From positions 29,512,001-29,576,000 of the forward strand of contig OX597821.1 of assembly GCA_951406725.2 (NCBI GenBank): a stretch of 64,000 bases of DNA, written 5' to 3'. The notes beneath the pieces were generated by a model. That model ran no database searches, was not told the DNA's origin, and was given only the letters and a program-made list of their open reading frames with translations. The stretch comes from Octopus vulgaris. Taxonomy: Eukaryota. How positions within the stretch are numbered: position 1 is the first letter of the stretch; every line of letters starts with the position of its first letter. The position numbers were made by a program, and so were the translations under genes. Below, in pieces: positions 13,414 to 28,896 of the stretch.

Positions 13414-13415
13414 AC

Positions 13416-13514
<99 letters not shown>

Positions 13515-14166
13515 TACATACATATATATATACATACATATGTATACACATATATATATACATACATATATATACACATATATACATTCATATATATACA
13601 CATATATACATTCATATATATACACATATATATATACATTCATATTTATACACATATATACATTCATATATATACACATATATACATACATATATATACA
13701 TATATATATACACACATATACACACATATATACATACATATATATATACACACATATACACACACATATATATATACATATATACACACATATATACACA
13801 CATATATATATATACATATATACACACATATACACACATATATATATATACATATATACACACATATAAACACACATATATACACACATATATATATATA
13901 CATACATATATATATATATATACATACATATATATATATATACATACATATATATATATACATACATATATATATATACATGCATATATATATATACATG
14001 CATATATATATATACATACATATATATATATATATACATATATATATACATACATATATATATATATATACATATATATACATACATATATATATACATA
14101 TATATATACATACATATATATATATATATACATATATATATACATACATATATATATACATACATA

Positions 14167-14218
<52 letters not shown>

Positions 14219-14489
14219 CATATATATATTTATACATATATATATATACATACATATATATATTTATACATATATATATATACATACATATATATATACA
14301 TACATATATATATATACACATATATATGCATATATATATACATATATATATATGCATATATATATACATATATATATGCATATATATACATACATGCATA
14401 TATATACATACATGCATATATATACATACATACATATACATACATGCATATATATACATACATACATATATATACATACAAATACATAG

Positions 14490-14540
<51 letters not shown>

Positions 14541-14543
14541 CAT
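12657..14543. repeat. About 1.9-kb compound (TA)n/(CA)n/(TACA)n microsatellite
   Basis: Almost uninterrupted purine-pyrimidine alternation; source of the Y/I/M/C/V/H ORFs. Confidence 0.97.
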
Positions 14544-14993
14544 AGTGCTTTGGCATATCACAAGTAAAGTGTTTGTGCTGTACTAGGTGTATAAGATGTA
14601 CAATTTTATTTGTGTGTATGAGTGCATATTTGTGCTATAATCCAGCAAATTTAATTAACAAAGAAGCTTTATAACACACACCCACCTATTTCGATCACCA
14701 CCCAGCTTATCAAGCTCCTACAAACACACGCTATACACACACAAGTTTACAATGTGTGTATGCATGTTGTGTATTATACACACACATACACACACACACA
14801 TACAAGCTGATAGATAATTATTTTGCAAGACTGAGGAATGGCAAACATCAGAATGATACCGAGAATGCAATCATTTCCATACAGCTATATTTTATCTCTT
14901 CTGAAGAATAAATTGCCTCCTTGGCAATGGAAGTTAATCTGAGGGTTTGGTAAACAAATTGGCAATATCAGTTCCTTTTGCTTATCCTTTTAA

Positions 14994-15215
14994 CCATTTT
15001 GATACCATCCTGATCAAGACTGCCCCAAGTTCTATGATGTAAACTTCTTATTTTAAAGGGATCTGAATTATAATGTTCCATCAAGTTTGCATGCTAATTT
15101 ATTTTCCAAACATCTGCTTAATGATAATGATGTTACTTTACTAAAATCTTCATTAGGTTCAAAATTAATGGATACAAAGGCAGTGTAGTTCAACAGAGGT
15201 ATGTTAAAGAAAGGT
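14994..15215 (+). mobile_element. TTAA MITE (piggyBac-like), degenerate
   Basis: TTAA at 14990-14993 and 15216-15219; degenerate CCATTTTGATAC / GTTAAAGAAAGG ends; interior similar to 47308-47517. Confidence 0.6.
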
Positions 15216-16699
15216 TTAAGACTATTTGTGATAGCTGCTGGTGTTTAGCCCTAGGTTAGCTTTGATCCAGAAGGCCTCAGATCAAATCCGTTTCAGTCAT
15301 TGCTATACAATTATTTTTGTATATTTACAATAGTCATTGTGTCTTATTTTTATTTATTTGTTCATTTATTTATTTAGATAGTTGTGGGAAGAAAAATGTG
15401 AATGAAACAGCACGAAGAAGAATATTTAACTTTGCCATGTACAAGACAATACCTCTCTGTAAACCAATGGAGACAAATAAAAGGTAGAGAATACACTTGA
15501 TTTTTTTTTTCAGTCAAGACTACCACTCAAGTACTGGTGCTATGATAAATCCACGTTGAACGCACAAAAAACAATGTTTGGTGATAAGAGAGGTAACTCG
15601 CCATAGGAACCTTGCCAAGAATGGGATGTACAAACACAAAAAATGGTCCTTGACTTCTCAGAGTCTAGTAACCCACACAGACCATGATGACTTATCCAAA
15701 GTGGTTTTAACATTATGGTGATCGTATTATGTAATTTGAGGGAGATATGGTTTCTATTTCATGCCGGTGAAGTGACCTTACAGAGGCTTTCCGATAGTTA
15801 TATTGCTCAAGGTCAGTCCTGAATGAGCAAATCTATGATCAGAAGCATTCCAAAAACTGTGCCATCTTTTATTAGACATAATCTATCTCGGGCTACATTA
15901 TGTAATGTGTCATTCCTACTTTAAGATAGCATGTCATGATTGTTATTTCTAGCAGGTCTGGTGAGAACAGAAAAAGCTCTGACAAAAAGCTCTTAAGGTT
16001 ACTTGTTTACATTACAAGTTTGAGCAACTTCCTTCACAACTAGTGTCTCCTGCCAAAAAAGAAAAATACAGCATGAGCCCTATTAATTTCATCCTTTTGT
16101 TTTGTTTTTGTTATTTTGGGGGGTTGCTGGGGGGGGGGGGGTACAGCCAAATGGTTTAAGTTTAACATGCTGCCCAATTTAACACCACCCACTTTGACCA
16201 CAGGTTAATGTACCAGAATTCAGGGCTGAAAATATTCATACCAGAGTCCATGTTAGCATCCCATCCCCAGGTTTTCCTTGCAGCCACATTAATCTTACCA
16301 CTCTATCATATCAATTCACATTAGCTTGCTAAAGTCTGACACAGGTTTTTCTTAATATTTTCCTTACTCTGCTTTATCTGTCTTTCATAGTCATCCAACT
16401 GAAATGTATTTAAATTTAATGTTACATAGGAATTTGCTTTCAACCCTTGTTTTATATAATTCTTCATTGAGGCATAACTGTGTGATTAAGAAGTTTGCTT
16501 CACGACTATGTGTTTTCTGGTTCAGCCCCACATGTGAGAAGAAATAGAAAAACTGCCTCAACTGCTTCTGTCTGACCCATGTGACATGGAAAAGGGAACA
16601 TTAAAACAGTAATGATGGTGCTGTATGTTTAGCTTGTTAATTCTTTAAAATGCATTGTGAAGTTCACATTCATTTTTTGCTTCATGATGAAATAAAGTA

Positions 16700-17100
16700 C
16701 TTGACAGGTACTTTATTTTATCAATTCCAGGTGAATGAAAGAAAACGTTGACCTCAGTGAGATTTGAATTTGGAACATAATGATCAAGAAGAAATGCTAC
16801 AAAGCATTTTGTACAATATCCTAATGATTCTGCCAGCTCATGTCCTTTAAATGAAATGAATAATAATAGCCATAACTATTTCTAACAAAAGCACAAAGCC
16901 AGAAATTTGGAGTAGGGATTAGTCAATTAAACGCTGCCCAGCCCTATTGCAGGACTGGCACTTTATTATATCAAGCCCAAAGAGGAAGAAGGGTAAAGTT
17001 GACCCCCAGCAGGATTTGATTTTAGAGCACAGAGAGTCAGAATGAATAACACAAGGTGTTATTCTATCCACCGCCTTAACAATTGTACTAACTCCACTGC
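16700..17100 (-). mobile_element. Two degenerate copies of tRNA-derived SINE family C
   Basis: GTACTTTATTTTATC..ATGAAAG..GTTGACC..GATTTGA pattern shared with 20338-20566. Confidence 0.6.
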
Positions 17101-17696
17101 CCAATAATGGATAATCATTAATTTTGAATATTTTTTAAACTTTTATATTTTACTATTTCCTGAATAAAAAAGAACATGCAAACAATAGAAATAAAAACAA
17201 CCTGTTTGTTTTTATTATTTTTTAATGAAGAACCATGACTATTTACTTTTTCACTACAATCACAACTATTAATACATAACTACACAAGAATTAACTGTAT
17301 AGTACACTACACTACACAACACTAATTCCTATTCTCCCCCATACCTCTGTTCTTCCATTCCATTCACTCACCACCTCCTCCTCCCCACTCTCTCTCTCTC
17401 TCTCTCTCTAGTCTTCATTCAACACTAACCAGTAACACATTTTCTGAGCCTGACTCTACCAATACCACCAACTCAACACCCTCTCCTTCTGCACCACCTA
17501 CACTATTACTACTACCACTACTGTTGCTGCTGCTGTAACCGTCATCATTCCTTATAGTTCCATCTGTCAGAATACAACACTTAACTCTTAATTTCCTGCT
17601 AATACCAATGAAATTCCATTAAGTGACAATTCCTTTTTCTGCAAAATAAATACTCAAAACAAACAAGAACAACTACCACCAATAACAACAACTATC

Positions 17697-17791
17697 AATA
17701 ATAATAATGATGATGATGATGATGATGACGATGATAATGATGATGATGGGAATAATAAATATAATATAATGGAAATGATAATAAAAATGGA

Positions 17792-17840
<49 letters not shown>

Positions 17841-17857
17841 GTAATAATAATAATGAT
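17697..17857. repeat. (AAT)n/(GAT)n trinucleotide microsatellite
   Basis: Direct inspection. Confidence 0.95.
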
Positions 17858-18381
17858 TAAATATATAAATACATATATTTTTCATCAATGTAGCAAACTC
17901 TCTCTCTCTCTCCACTACCTACCCCTCCAAAAATAACAACAAAAAATCAAAAACAAAAATTAAAATTTAGTTCCATATGCCAGGGCGTGGGAAAGGGAAT
18001 TTGAATAGTGGGGGTTGGGGGAATAGAAAATAGAAAAATATTAAAAGAATAAAAAGAAAAATTAGTGCAAACAAAAAGCCAAAACAAATAATCACTTCAA
18101 AAATATACAAGAAAATTAAGACAAAGCTAAGTAAATGAATAAAAAAAATATATAAAATAAATATCTTAATAGTAATTTTATCTGACACATTGTTATATAG
18201 GTAGTAGTAGTAGTAGTAGTAGTAGTAACAAGAGTACTGGTATGGAGGAAGTTAAGTTTTTCTGCAAGGGAGGGGAAACAAGGATAATATTGATTATATT
18301 TATAAGCTTTTCTAAAAGGATTATGTTGATAAATCAAACATGTTTTTGTTGTTCTGGTGGGTGATGATGATGATGATGTAA

Positions 18382-18423
<42 letters not shown>

Positions 18424-20337
18424 CAGCAGCAGCAGCAGTAGAAGTAGTAGTGGTCCTCATGTTATATAGCCCCAAATCAGCCCTGATTAACTAGAGCTAC
18501 AATCAAAGGCAGGCATTCCAGTTGGAACCATCTTGTCTGAGAGTTTCTAGGAATATATTGTTCATCATAGCCTTCCTGTTTTCAAGACAGTAGATCATAA
18601 TTTGGAGGAGACTCAGTTGTTTTTTTTAGCAGGTTTTCATGACCATGCACAAGCTCTCCCAATGGCTTGATGTCATTAGTTATGTTTTGTACTTGGGGTT
18701 GGAGCCACAACAAAATGTACCCACTATACTTTGTAAAGTCAGTGGCATTAAGAAGTGTAGCAGTCACAGAGATAATGAAACATACAATAATGAAAGGTAC
18801 AAGAGAAATGTGATCCCCCAACTTGTCTAAGAGGGCAGTAACTCCAAATAAAAGTTGACTCATACAATGATAACTTATCAAACCCATGTTAACATGGAAA
18901 GCAGAATTGAATGGTGATGTTGTCTTAACATTTAACTTGTTTAGCACAAAGTCTGCATTTTGAAATTATGCAATTTGATGCAATTAAGATTTTGCTCCAA
19001 TCACATTGCTCTGTTTAGCATAAGGAGCTATTAACCAAGTCTCTAAGAATTGTTTTCCAGCTACAAGGAGACTGTTGAAAGAAGGTGGAATTTGAACTCA
19101 AAACACAAGGAACTGGAATAAATGCCTCATCTCATTTGGTGATCTAACAATTTTCTAAATATCCATCAGTCAAGTACTGGGGTTGATGACATCAATGAAC
19201 CCTCTTCCTTTAAAAAATTAAAGGCTTTCTATCTAAATCAACAAACAATTAACGACAGTGAACTGGCAGAATAATAAGAGTGATAAAAATAATGCCTTGT
19301 AGTATTTGTTCTGGCTCTTTACGTTCTAAGTCCCCACAGAGGTCAACTATGCCTTTCATCCTATTAATTGTATCCTCCACAGAAGAATGATATGAAAATG
19401 AACTCCAACAGGAATTGAACTTAGAATATTAACAGGTGGTAACTGAAGATCACTTGTTAATGTGCTCTGCCAATTCTGCCATTGGGGCAAGACTATAAGT
19501 TTTGGGAGAGAGAGAGATCCTTGATTATATTGACACAAGTCTTTGAATAATATTTATTTTATTGACCCAGGAAAAGATGAAAGGCAAAGTTCATCCCCCA
19601 AAGGGGATTTGAACTCAGAACACTAAAGGGATGTAACTAAATATCCATAAAGCATTCTCTTCCAACACTTCACCAATTCTTCCCTTGAACATCATCATAA
19701 TAACAGCAACGGCAACAATCTTGATAGCTACTTGAAAGAAAACATAAAATAAATGTAATTAACAAAGAAAGGTGAGTTAAATGTCAAGGGAAAAGAGGTG
19801 GAACATTTTTAAAGATTATGCTACTTCTGACAGTCCCCCTTCCCCACCACAGTTCACTGGAACTATCACCACTACCATTGCTGCTTATACTGCCAACATC
19901 ATCTTTATTGCCAAACAAGATGCTATCAACACCATTACAACAGCTATGAGCTAACAGGAGAACCTCTACATAGCTGCTCAACCTGATAGAATTAGCAACA
20001 AAAATTTCTCTTAAATAACACATTATCCAGAAAATTTTTTTAAAGATGTTGGAAAATGTAGTCTTGGGTTGTTTCATCATTATCATCATTATTGTTTAAT
20101 GTCCATTTTCGATGTTGGCATGGGTTGGACAATTCAACAACAACCACTGAGGTTGTTCAATGTCTGCTTCGGTATGTTTTCTACGGCTAGATACCCTTAA
20201 TGTCAGCTATTTCACAGAGTGTACAAGGTTTAACATAAGCTGCTCTTATGCAAGAAAAGGTGGGATGGTCATGGCTGGAATGTTTTTGTTTATAGGCCTG
20301 TCCAATAAAAGTTCAACTACATAAACAAATACAATAC

Positions 20338-20566
20338 CTATTTCTTTACTACCCACAAGGGGCTAAACACAGAGGGGACAAACAAGGACAGACAAACGGA
20401 TTAAGTCGATTATATCGACCCCAGTGCGTAACTGGTACTTATTTAATCGACCCCGAAAGGATGAAACGCAAAGTCGACCTTGGCGGAATTTGAACTCAGA
20501 ACATAACGGGAGACGAAATACAGCTACGCATTTCGCCCGGCATGGTAACGTTTCTGCCAGCTCGCC
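20338..20566 (-). mobile_element. Full-length tRNA-derived SINE (family C)
   Basis: Minus strand GGCGAGCTGGCAGAAACG head, B-box GAGTTCAAATTCC, central GGTCGACTTTGCGTTTCATCCTTTCGGGGTCGATTAAATAAGTACCAG; many decayed copies (19.2-19.7, 45.5, 46.4-46.9, 52.9, 62.2 kb). Confidence 0.85.
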
Positions 20567-20846
20567 ACGTTTATACAATACAATACCATTACCAACATAA
20601 TGCCCCCTATTTCTTCTACTGGTACCTCCAGAACCACAACAACAACATTGAAAAATGTTGCAACAACAATACACTACCTCACTACAACCACCTCTATATT
20701 TTATAAACAATAACATAACCACCACAATGCTGAATATGTAAACTAATACACTACATCATTAGCTACAACCTCCCACACATAACAATAGATATGTAACTAC
20801 TATAATATACACGACTAGCTACTAATTCCCAAACGTTACATATATA

Positions 20847-21198
20847 TTCTTTTATTCTGGAGCACCACCTTTAGTCGAGCAAATCGACCCCAGGACTTAT
20901 TCTTTGTAAGCCTAGTATTTATTCTAATGCTAAGTTACGGGGACGTAAACACACCAGCATCGGTTGTCAAGCGATGTTGGGGGGACAAACACACACACAT
21001 ATATATATATATACATATATACATATACATATATACGACGGGCTTCTTTCAGTTTCCATCCAACAAATCCACTCATAAGGCTTTGGTCAGCCCAAGGCTA
21101 TAGTAGAAGACACTTGCCCAAGATGCTACGCAGTGGGACTGAACCCGGAACCATGTGGTTAGTAAGCAAGCTACTTACCACACAGCCACTCCTGCGCC
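20847..21198 (-). mobile_element. tRNA-derived SINE (family A), with internal deletions
   Basis: High similarity to 10151-10563. Confidence 0.9.
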
Positions 21199-22502
21199 TA
21201 TATCAATACTGAATATATAATTAGTACAATACACCAAGAGTAACTACTATCTAGACATTACATCAACAATGGCATCACCACCACAGTGGTGAATACTACT
21301 AAACCCCATATATGACATCAGCACCCGAAAATCTTCACAATATCTGACACTATTACCATCTTCACCAAACATGCCATCAACTTTCCACTACCAATACTGC
21401 TGCAAAGACTAAGCATTAGCATAACTGGCACTTTGCTTCTACCACCATCAACCCCACCACTGCTGAATTACCACAACATTGGCAAACCAACAGCATCGCT
21501 AATCAATTTGTCCAATTACATAAACAATAAGGTCAATGTCGTCTATCAATATTTGCGTACCACCCACAGGTGTGCAATTATTTAGGCTTGTGTGTGCTTG
21601 CAGACATTTATACAAAGATGATACAACAATTACTAACCCCTCCCACAACTGCTACTCTATACATAACGATGTTTACATAGATAATTTTTTGCGTGTTTAA
21701 GGAACAGGGTTATACAGGGAGAGAGTAGAAATGACGTATGTGTATTTGCAAAAGAAGGTCCTTCGTACACAGGTGTACACAGTTGTTCAAGCTAATTGGT
21801 GATATTTAGTACATACACACTAATTATAAATGATCCTAGTAAAAAAAAAAAAAGTACAAGTACTTTTAACAATATTAAGAGTTGGTGGGAGCAGTAGGGG
21901 GGTTATAAACTGGAACTGTAATAATCAGTGAAGGAAGGAAGGTGTAAACGAAAACAGAAAAGATAAATGCAATACAAAACAAGAAGAAACCAATTACACA
22001 TATACACAGATATGTGAACATGCATGTATACACATACATAGTCAGGTGTCTTCATTTGACAACAAGCATAAGAGTGGTGTGTGTGTGTGTGTGTATGTGC
22101 ACATGTGTTTATGTGTGCACATGTGTTTGTGTGTGTGTGTGTGTGTGTGTATTTCCTTGGGTGCCACTGCTAAAAGCTCCAATAGAAACAGCCCAGTTGT
22201 TATCCAAGGTACTCTCAATATCAGTCCTCTGGCAGCACCTTATGAAGGTGTGAGGGAACTGAAAAAAAAAACCTGTCATATATATACATATGGGTGTGTG
22301 GGGGAAGGGGAGACATAGGCACTTCTTGTGAGCTAGAAGTGTGACCTCCTCCAGTTGATCCCTATTTTAAAGTGATCAAGTGATCAAAATTAAAACGTTC
22401 CACCTTATGTTTCAAACAGCAGCTTAATACTAACAAAATTATTTTAATAAACTCTTCATTATTTTCAAAATTAATTGCAACAAAGCAATGTATTTCAACA
22501 GA

Positions 22503-22913
22503 GGCCAAGGAGTGGCTGTGTGGTAAGTAGCTTGCTTACCAACCACATAGTTCCGGGTTCAGTCCCACTGCGTGGCACCTTGGGCAAGTGTCTTCTACTA
22601 TAGCCTCGGGCTGACCATAGCCTTGTGAGTGGATTTGGTAGACGGAAACTGAAAGAAGCCCGTTGTATATGTGTATATGTATGTATATGTGTGTATATGT
22701 TTGCATGTCTGTTTGCCCCCCCCCCCCCCGCCACATCACTTGACAACCGAACTTGCAGTTCAGCAAAAAGAGACCGATAGAATAAGTACTAGAGACCAAT
22801 AGAATAAGTCCTGGGGTCTATTTGCTCAACTAAAAGGCGGTGCTCCAGCAGGGCTGCAGTCAAATGACTGAAACAAGTAAAAGAATAAAAGAAATAAAAA
22901 GAAATAAAAAAGA
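22503..22913 (+). mobile_element. tRNA-derived SINE (family A)
   Basis: A-box TGGCTGTGTGG, B-box GGTTCAGTCCC, expanded poly-C, internal duplication of GAGACC(G/A)ATAGAATAAGT, A-rich tail; abuts a TTAA-MITE fragment at about 22362-22502. Confidence 0.9.
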
Positions 22914-24063
22914 ATTAAACATAGGTCCTGAGGCATATAGCCTTCAATCACAATAAATAAAATCTTTATAAGGAGCTGAACTTCAGGGATATTATAATGT
23001 AACTAAGAAGTTCTGGAATATTTCCACCACTAAAACTGAACTTCTGCTTGTCGATGTCTATAAAAAAAAATTGCATAAAAAAAAACTGATGAGGATATAA
23101 TGTCATTAAATAATATTGTAATGGAAGTTCAGGGATATGGCTGAAATTAACTCTGGTCAACATAACCAAATACAGAAATATTATCTGCCAGCAGTTTCCA
23201 CAGTCAAGCTTAAATATTCAGGTTCAAATCTGAGGAAGGTTATCTTCTAAAGATGTATGTAAAAGATTCCCATCCAGATTTTTTAACCACTCCACTAACT
23301 TTTGAGACACACCATGCTTTTAGAGAATTATTTAAAAGATGCAAATTATTTACATAACCAACAAACCCTGAATTGCACATATACACAACAGTAACTATTA
23401 CTACAAGGTATAGCATATATATTGCATAGAATATTGTCAATATAATAAAATATAAACCAAATATAAAAAAACACTGCACAGAGCTATGCTCAGTTATGCA
23501 ATGGAAGTATGTAATAGAAATAATACTATTGAAAAATAATAATAATAATAATAATAATAATCTTTACTTGGCAGAGAATCAAGAAAAACAGAAAACTACG
23601 ATGCAATACAATACAAATGAAGAGTAAACATGGAATTGGGGTGGGACAGAAACATGTTTATAAATGATAATGATTCCTTAGAGAAACATGATTATGTAGG
23701 AAGTGAAGAATGGTGGTGGAGGAAGTGGGGTTCGTGGGTTGCAGTGACTGACATTCAAGCTCTTCCCACGAGTTTCAGCAGCATTATTTGATTGCAGTAA
23801 GATCCATCTGTGAATCAAAACATTTGTTTGAGGAGTTCACTGACTGAAGTTTCAAGTACTTCAACATTTATCTAATCAAAAAGACAGTGTACAGACATAT
23901 GAATGCATGTGTGTACGTACACCACCCAGTGATGGAAACAAGAAAAATAATATAACAATATTTTATTTGCTTCAGTCACTGGATTGAGGCCATTCTGAGA
24001 CAACACCTTGAAAGTGTTTAATACATGCATATTTGTAATTGTGATCATATACAATTATTTAAC

Positions 24064-24249
24064 ATCATCATCATTTAGTGTCTGATTTCCATGCTAGCAT
24101 GGGTTGGACGGTTCAACTGGGGTCTGGGAGGTCTGAAGGCTGCACCAGGCCCAGTCTGATCTGGCAATGTTTCTACGGCTGGATGCCCTTCCTAATGCCA
24201 ACCACTCTGTGAGTGTAGTGGGTGCCTTTTACATGCCACTGGCACAGGA
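24064..24249 (-). mobile_element. Family B retroposon 3' part
   Basis: (ATC)n tail, GGATGCCCTTCCTAATGCCAACCACTC, one monomer. Confidence 0.85.
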
Positions 24250-25166
24250 AACATTAAATCCAAGCGTAGTCATATTTTCAATACATGTTTGAAATCAAAG
24301 CTATTTTATATTTCTATTCATCCATTCTCCAAAACACATATCCTTTCCAGCAGGAGGATCCCTCTCTCAACCCTACTCAGCAGCATTTTATTTGGTACTG
24401 GCCTTCATTTTGAGGATTTGTCTAGCTTGCCATGCTAGGCCTGCAGTTTGGCACAAGTGTTTTTTAGGTACTGAGATAGAATTTGGTTTAGAGTACAGAG
24501 AGCAAGAGAGATTACTGCTAGGCATCTGGTCTAAGATTCTTACAGTTCTGCAAGTCCACCACCCTAGATTGACATGTTTTTATTAACCATGAAAGTATGA
24601 AAGACACAGTTGATTAGATCCAAGAGCATATAGAGTGAGAAAAAAAACTGCACAGCTTTTAAATCAACACTAACAACTGCCAATTCATGACTTTGCTTAA
24701 AACACACACACGTATATATTTCTTTATTACATCCACATTTCCATATTAGCATGGTTCAGTCCAATACACCCTATTACACTTTGTTGTGTTTCTTTGCCAT
24801 CTCTGGGAGGTTCAACAACCTGGGGTCAGCTTTCACTATCTTTACTCAAGCCTTTTTCTGTCTTCTTTCAAGTATAATTTCCTTCAACATGGATTTCTTG
24901 GTAATTCCTTACCCATCTTACATCATCCACTTATGTTAAATGCCTATATCAATGTTACCATCTCTCTTGCACATTACAGGATTCTTCTCAGCTCATCTGT
25001 ACCAGATCACTCATGCACACTAAGATGTTTTTGTAAGAGTGTACAGAGGGACAGATGTATACATGTCTATTGGTTCAGGAAATAGTAGTGCTTTTAGCCT
25101 ATGCAAATCTTCCAAGACTTGTGAGATAAATAAATACATGCAAACACACACACAATTATGCATATA

Positions 25167-25493
25167 TGGACAGTGAGGCTCACCAATGGAGAAGTTCTTA
25201 AGCAGATCATGCCGAAAATGTCGCTAGAAGCTAGGACCACCAAGCATAGATTGGCATATTTTGGTCATATTATACGGAGAAAATCCCTGGAGAAGGACAT
25301 CATGCTCGGAATGGTCAGTGGCAAGAGAGGAAGAGGCCGACCAAGAACCCGTTGGCTTGACAACATCAAGAGTGATACCGGAATGGACATAGCCAATCTG
25401 AAAGAAGCGGCCCAGGACAGAACTGACTGGAGGACACTGATCCAACGAGTAACTGAGAGTCGATTTCAACTGAGCGGATAGATAGATAGATAG
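25167..25493 (+). mobile_element. 5'-truncated RTE-clade (BovB-like) LINE 3' end
   Basis: Open frame W..RLTNGEVL..RLAYFGHIIRR..LEKDIMLG..GKRGRGRPRTRWLD..AQDRTDWR, stop directly followed by (GATA)n tail. Confidence 0.9.
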
Positions 25494-26088
25494 GAAGATT
25501 GCAAAAATGGCTAATAATAGATACAGGCATTAAGAGCTCAGACCAGACCAAATACCTAAAATCCAACATCAAATGATGGCATACAGTGTCAGGAGAAATA
25601 GGAGATGACTATTGGTAACGTACCAGTTGAGCAATATATAATAAAATAAAGTAAAAATATAATAAAATGAAGATGGCCAGGTTGTAGTAAAGGCACACAA
25701 CTATATATGTGCTGGTGCAATGTTATTTTGTGCTAGTCCCACGTTTCATGCTGGTGTCACATAAAAAGCAGCCAGTACACACTATGGAGTAGTTGGTACT
25801 AGTAAGGGCAGTCAGCTGTAGAAGCCATGCCAGATCAATGGAGTCTGGTGCTGCTCCTGGCCTTAGCAGTTCTGATCAAACTGTCCAACACATACCAACA
25901 TAGAAAACAGGCATTAAATGATGTTGATGACATACAGACACACACACACACACAAATCTATACATACAAATATATAAATACACAGCTGTACGTGCATATA
26001 TTGTGTATGTGTGTATGTATGTGGGTAGATTTATAATTACTAGCAGTGATATGATGGTGGTAATGAATGTTTTCGAAGTACATATAAA

Positions 26089-26196
<108 letters not shown>

Positions 26197-26513
26197 TGTG
26201 TGCATGTGCATGCATGATCCATTAAAATACTAAAATACGGACTGCATTTGACATGCTAATCAGTTATTATCACATGCTGTTGTTTACAAGGTATTTCTTA
26301 ATATCACTCTACCACTGCTACCACTACCAGTGCTACAACAAACTGTTACTATTACCACTATGTCGACCTCCTCACCTCACCACCAATACCACCACCATGA
26401 ACTATTTACCAGTGCCAATGAAAATACTTCTAATACAACATGAAACATACTTCCATTATTTTACATGCAATCCGATTCTCTACACTTAGACGTATACTCA
26501 TAAGCACAACTCC

Positions 26514-27333
26514 TAATGATGACGATAAGAGTGGTGGTGGTAGTGGTGATGATGATGAAGGTAGTGGTAGCGGTGGTTAAATGATGGAGCAGTTATAGTG
26601 TCAATGGTGGTAGTGATGGTGGCAGAAGTGGTGTTGGCGGTAGTTGTAGAGGTACAGGTGGTGCAAGTGGCGATTGTGCTCTTGATAGTGGTGGTAACCG
26701 TAGTGACTGTGTTGATGGTAGTGGTAATAGCTACGGTGCTGATGGTAGTGGTAATAGCTACGGTGCTGATGGTAGAGTCAGTTGACGTGATGTAGTGGAG
26801 ACAGTGATAGCGATGATGGTGGAGATAATGATGTAATGAAGCTGCCAATGATGATGGAGTGGTGGTGGTGGTGGTGGCAGAGATGTTGATCATCATGCTG
26901 ATGGTGATGTTGATGGCTGGAGTGAAGATGGGATGGGAGGATGCTGATAATATCGGTGGTAACAGTGATTGCTGTAACAGTGATGGTGATGATAACCATG
27001 GGTGTAGTGATAATGTTGGTGGTGACAGCAATGTTAGCTGAGATGATGATGATGATGATGGTGGTGGTAGGTAAAGGACAATGGTTGGTGATGAAATCAT
27101 AATAATGAAGATACCAGAAGTGATAGGTGGTGGCGGCAACCATAATAGAAATGGTGGAAATTATGACAACTGTTGATAACAATGATAACCGTGTTGAAAG
27201 AATATGGTAGCGGTGATGGTTGATCATAAAAACAGAACCAGCAGCACCACCAGTAGTGGGAATAAGGATGATGAGTAGGAGTAGAAAGAGGCCAGATAAA
27301 ACATTGCTAATGGTTACGATGATGATGATGATG

Positions 27334-27368
<35 letters not shown>

Positions 27369-27400
27369 GGCGGCGGTGGTGGTGGTGATGATGACGATGG
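26514..27400. repeat. Degenerate (GGT/GAT/AGT)n low-complexity tract with a 27-bp tandem duplication
   Basis: GTGCTGATGGTAGTGGTAATAGCTACG repeated at about 26709-26775; yields Thr/His/Val-rich pseudo-ORFs. Confidence 0.85.
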
Positions 27401-27775
27401 CCTCTTTGTATTTATGTAATGTATCTTCATAGATCATCAAAGATGAAACACACCACAGTTGGTAACAAAGAAATGCAAACATGCACAAAAATAAGTAATG
27501 TGAATGACAAGACAAAAAAAAAAAAAGGAAAATGAAGTAAAATAAAATAAAAATACAAAGCTAAACAAAAGCAATAACATTTCTCTCAGGAACACATGTG
27601 TGTGTATGTGTATATACACACACATAAACTTGCATATACATGTATGCATCTAAATATAGACAGGCAAGCATACACAAATGCATATGTATATATATATATA
27701 TATATATACATTATTTACCCCATGAAACATGACTGTTAAATGATGATGATATCCCTACACATGTGTGTGTGTGTG

Positions 27776-27828
<53 letters not shown>

Positions 27829-28040
27829 GTACATGCATATTCATATATGTATTTACATATATAGTACCACTTTCGTATTTTCCTCACTTATTCGGACACG
27901 CAATAGGTAGAGCATAGGCGACTGCAGACATAAATTTCCAGTTTCTTGCACAGCCACATTCCTCCATTGCCACTGTGCTTTAATAAATGCTGCCTGAATC
28001 TGAGAAGTGATCATACTTGGACACAAGATGACTTTGCCAT

Positions 28041-28896
<856 letters not shown>

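Noticed and set aside
12601-14586. Long ORFs up to 580 aa rich in Y/I/M/C/V/H (also at 27.9-29.0 and 56.2-56.7 kb)
   Set aside because: Translations of (TA/CA)n microsatellites, which lack stop codons in several frames on both strands.
22503-22580. tRNA gene-like A/B boxes
   Set aside because: These are SINE heads followed by the SINE body; no complete cloverleaf or terminator.
23535-23900. Possible minus-strand LINE 3' UTR ending in (ATT)n
   Set aside because: Only the tail pattern is suggestive; no coding motif or second copy in the window.
26513-27515. Mucin-like Thr/His/Ser-rich ORFs of 208 and 245 aa
   Set aside because: Degenerate trinucleotide tract open in several frames on both strands, with no domain or splice support.
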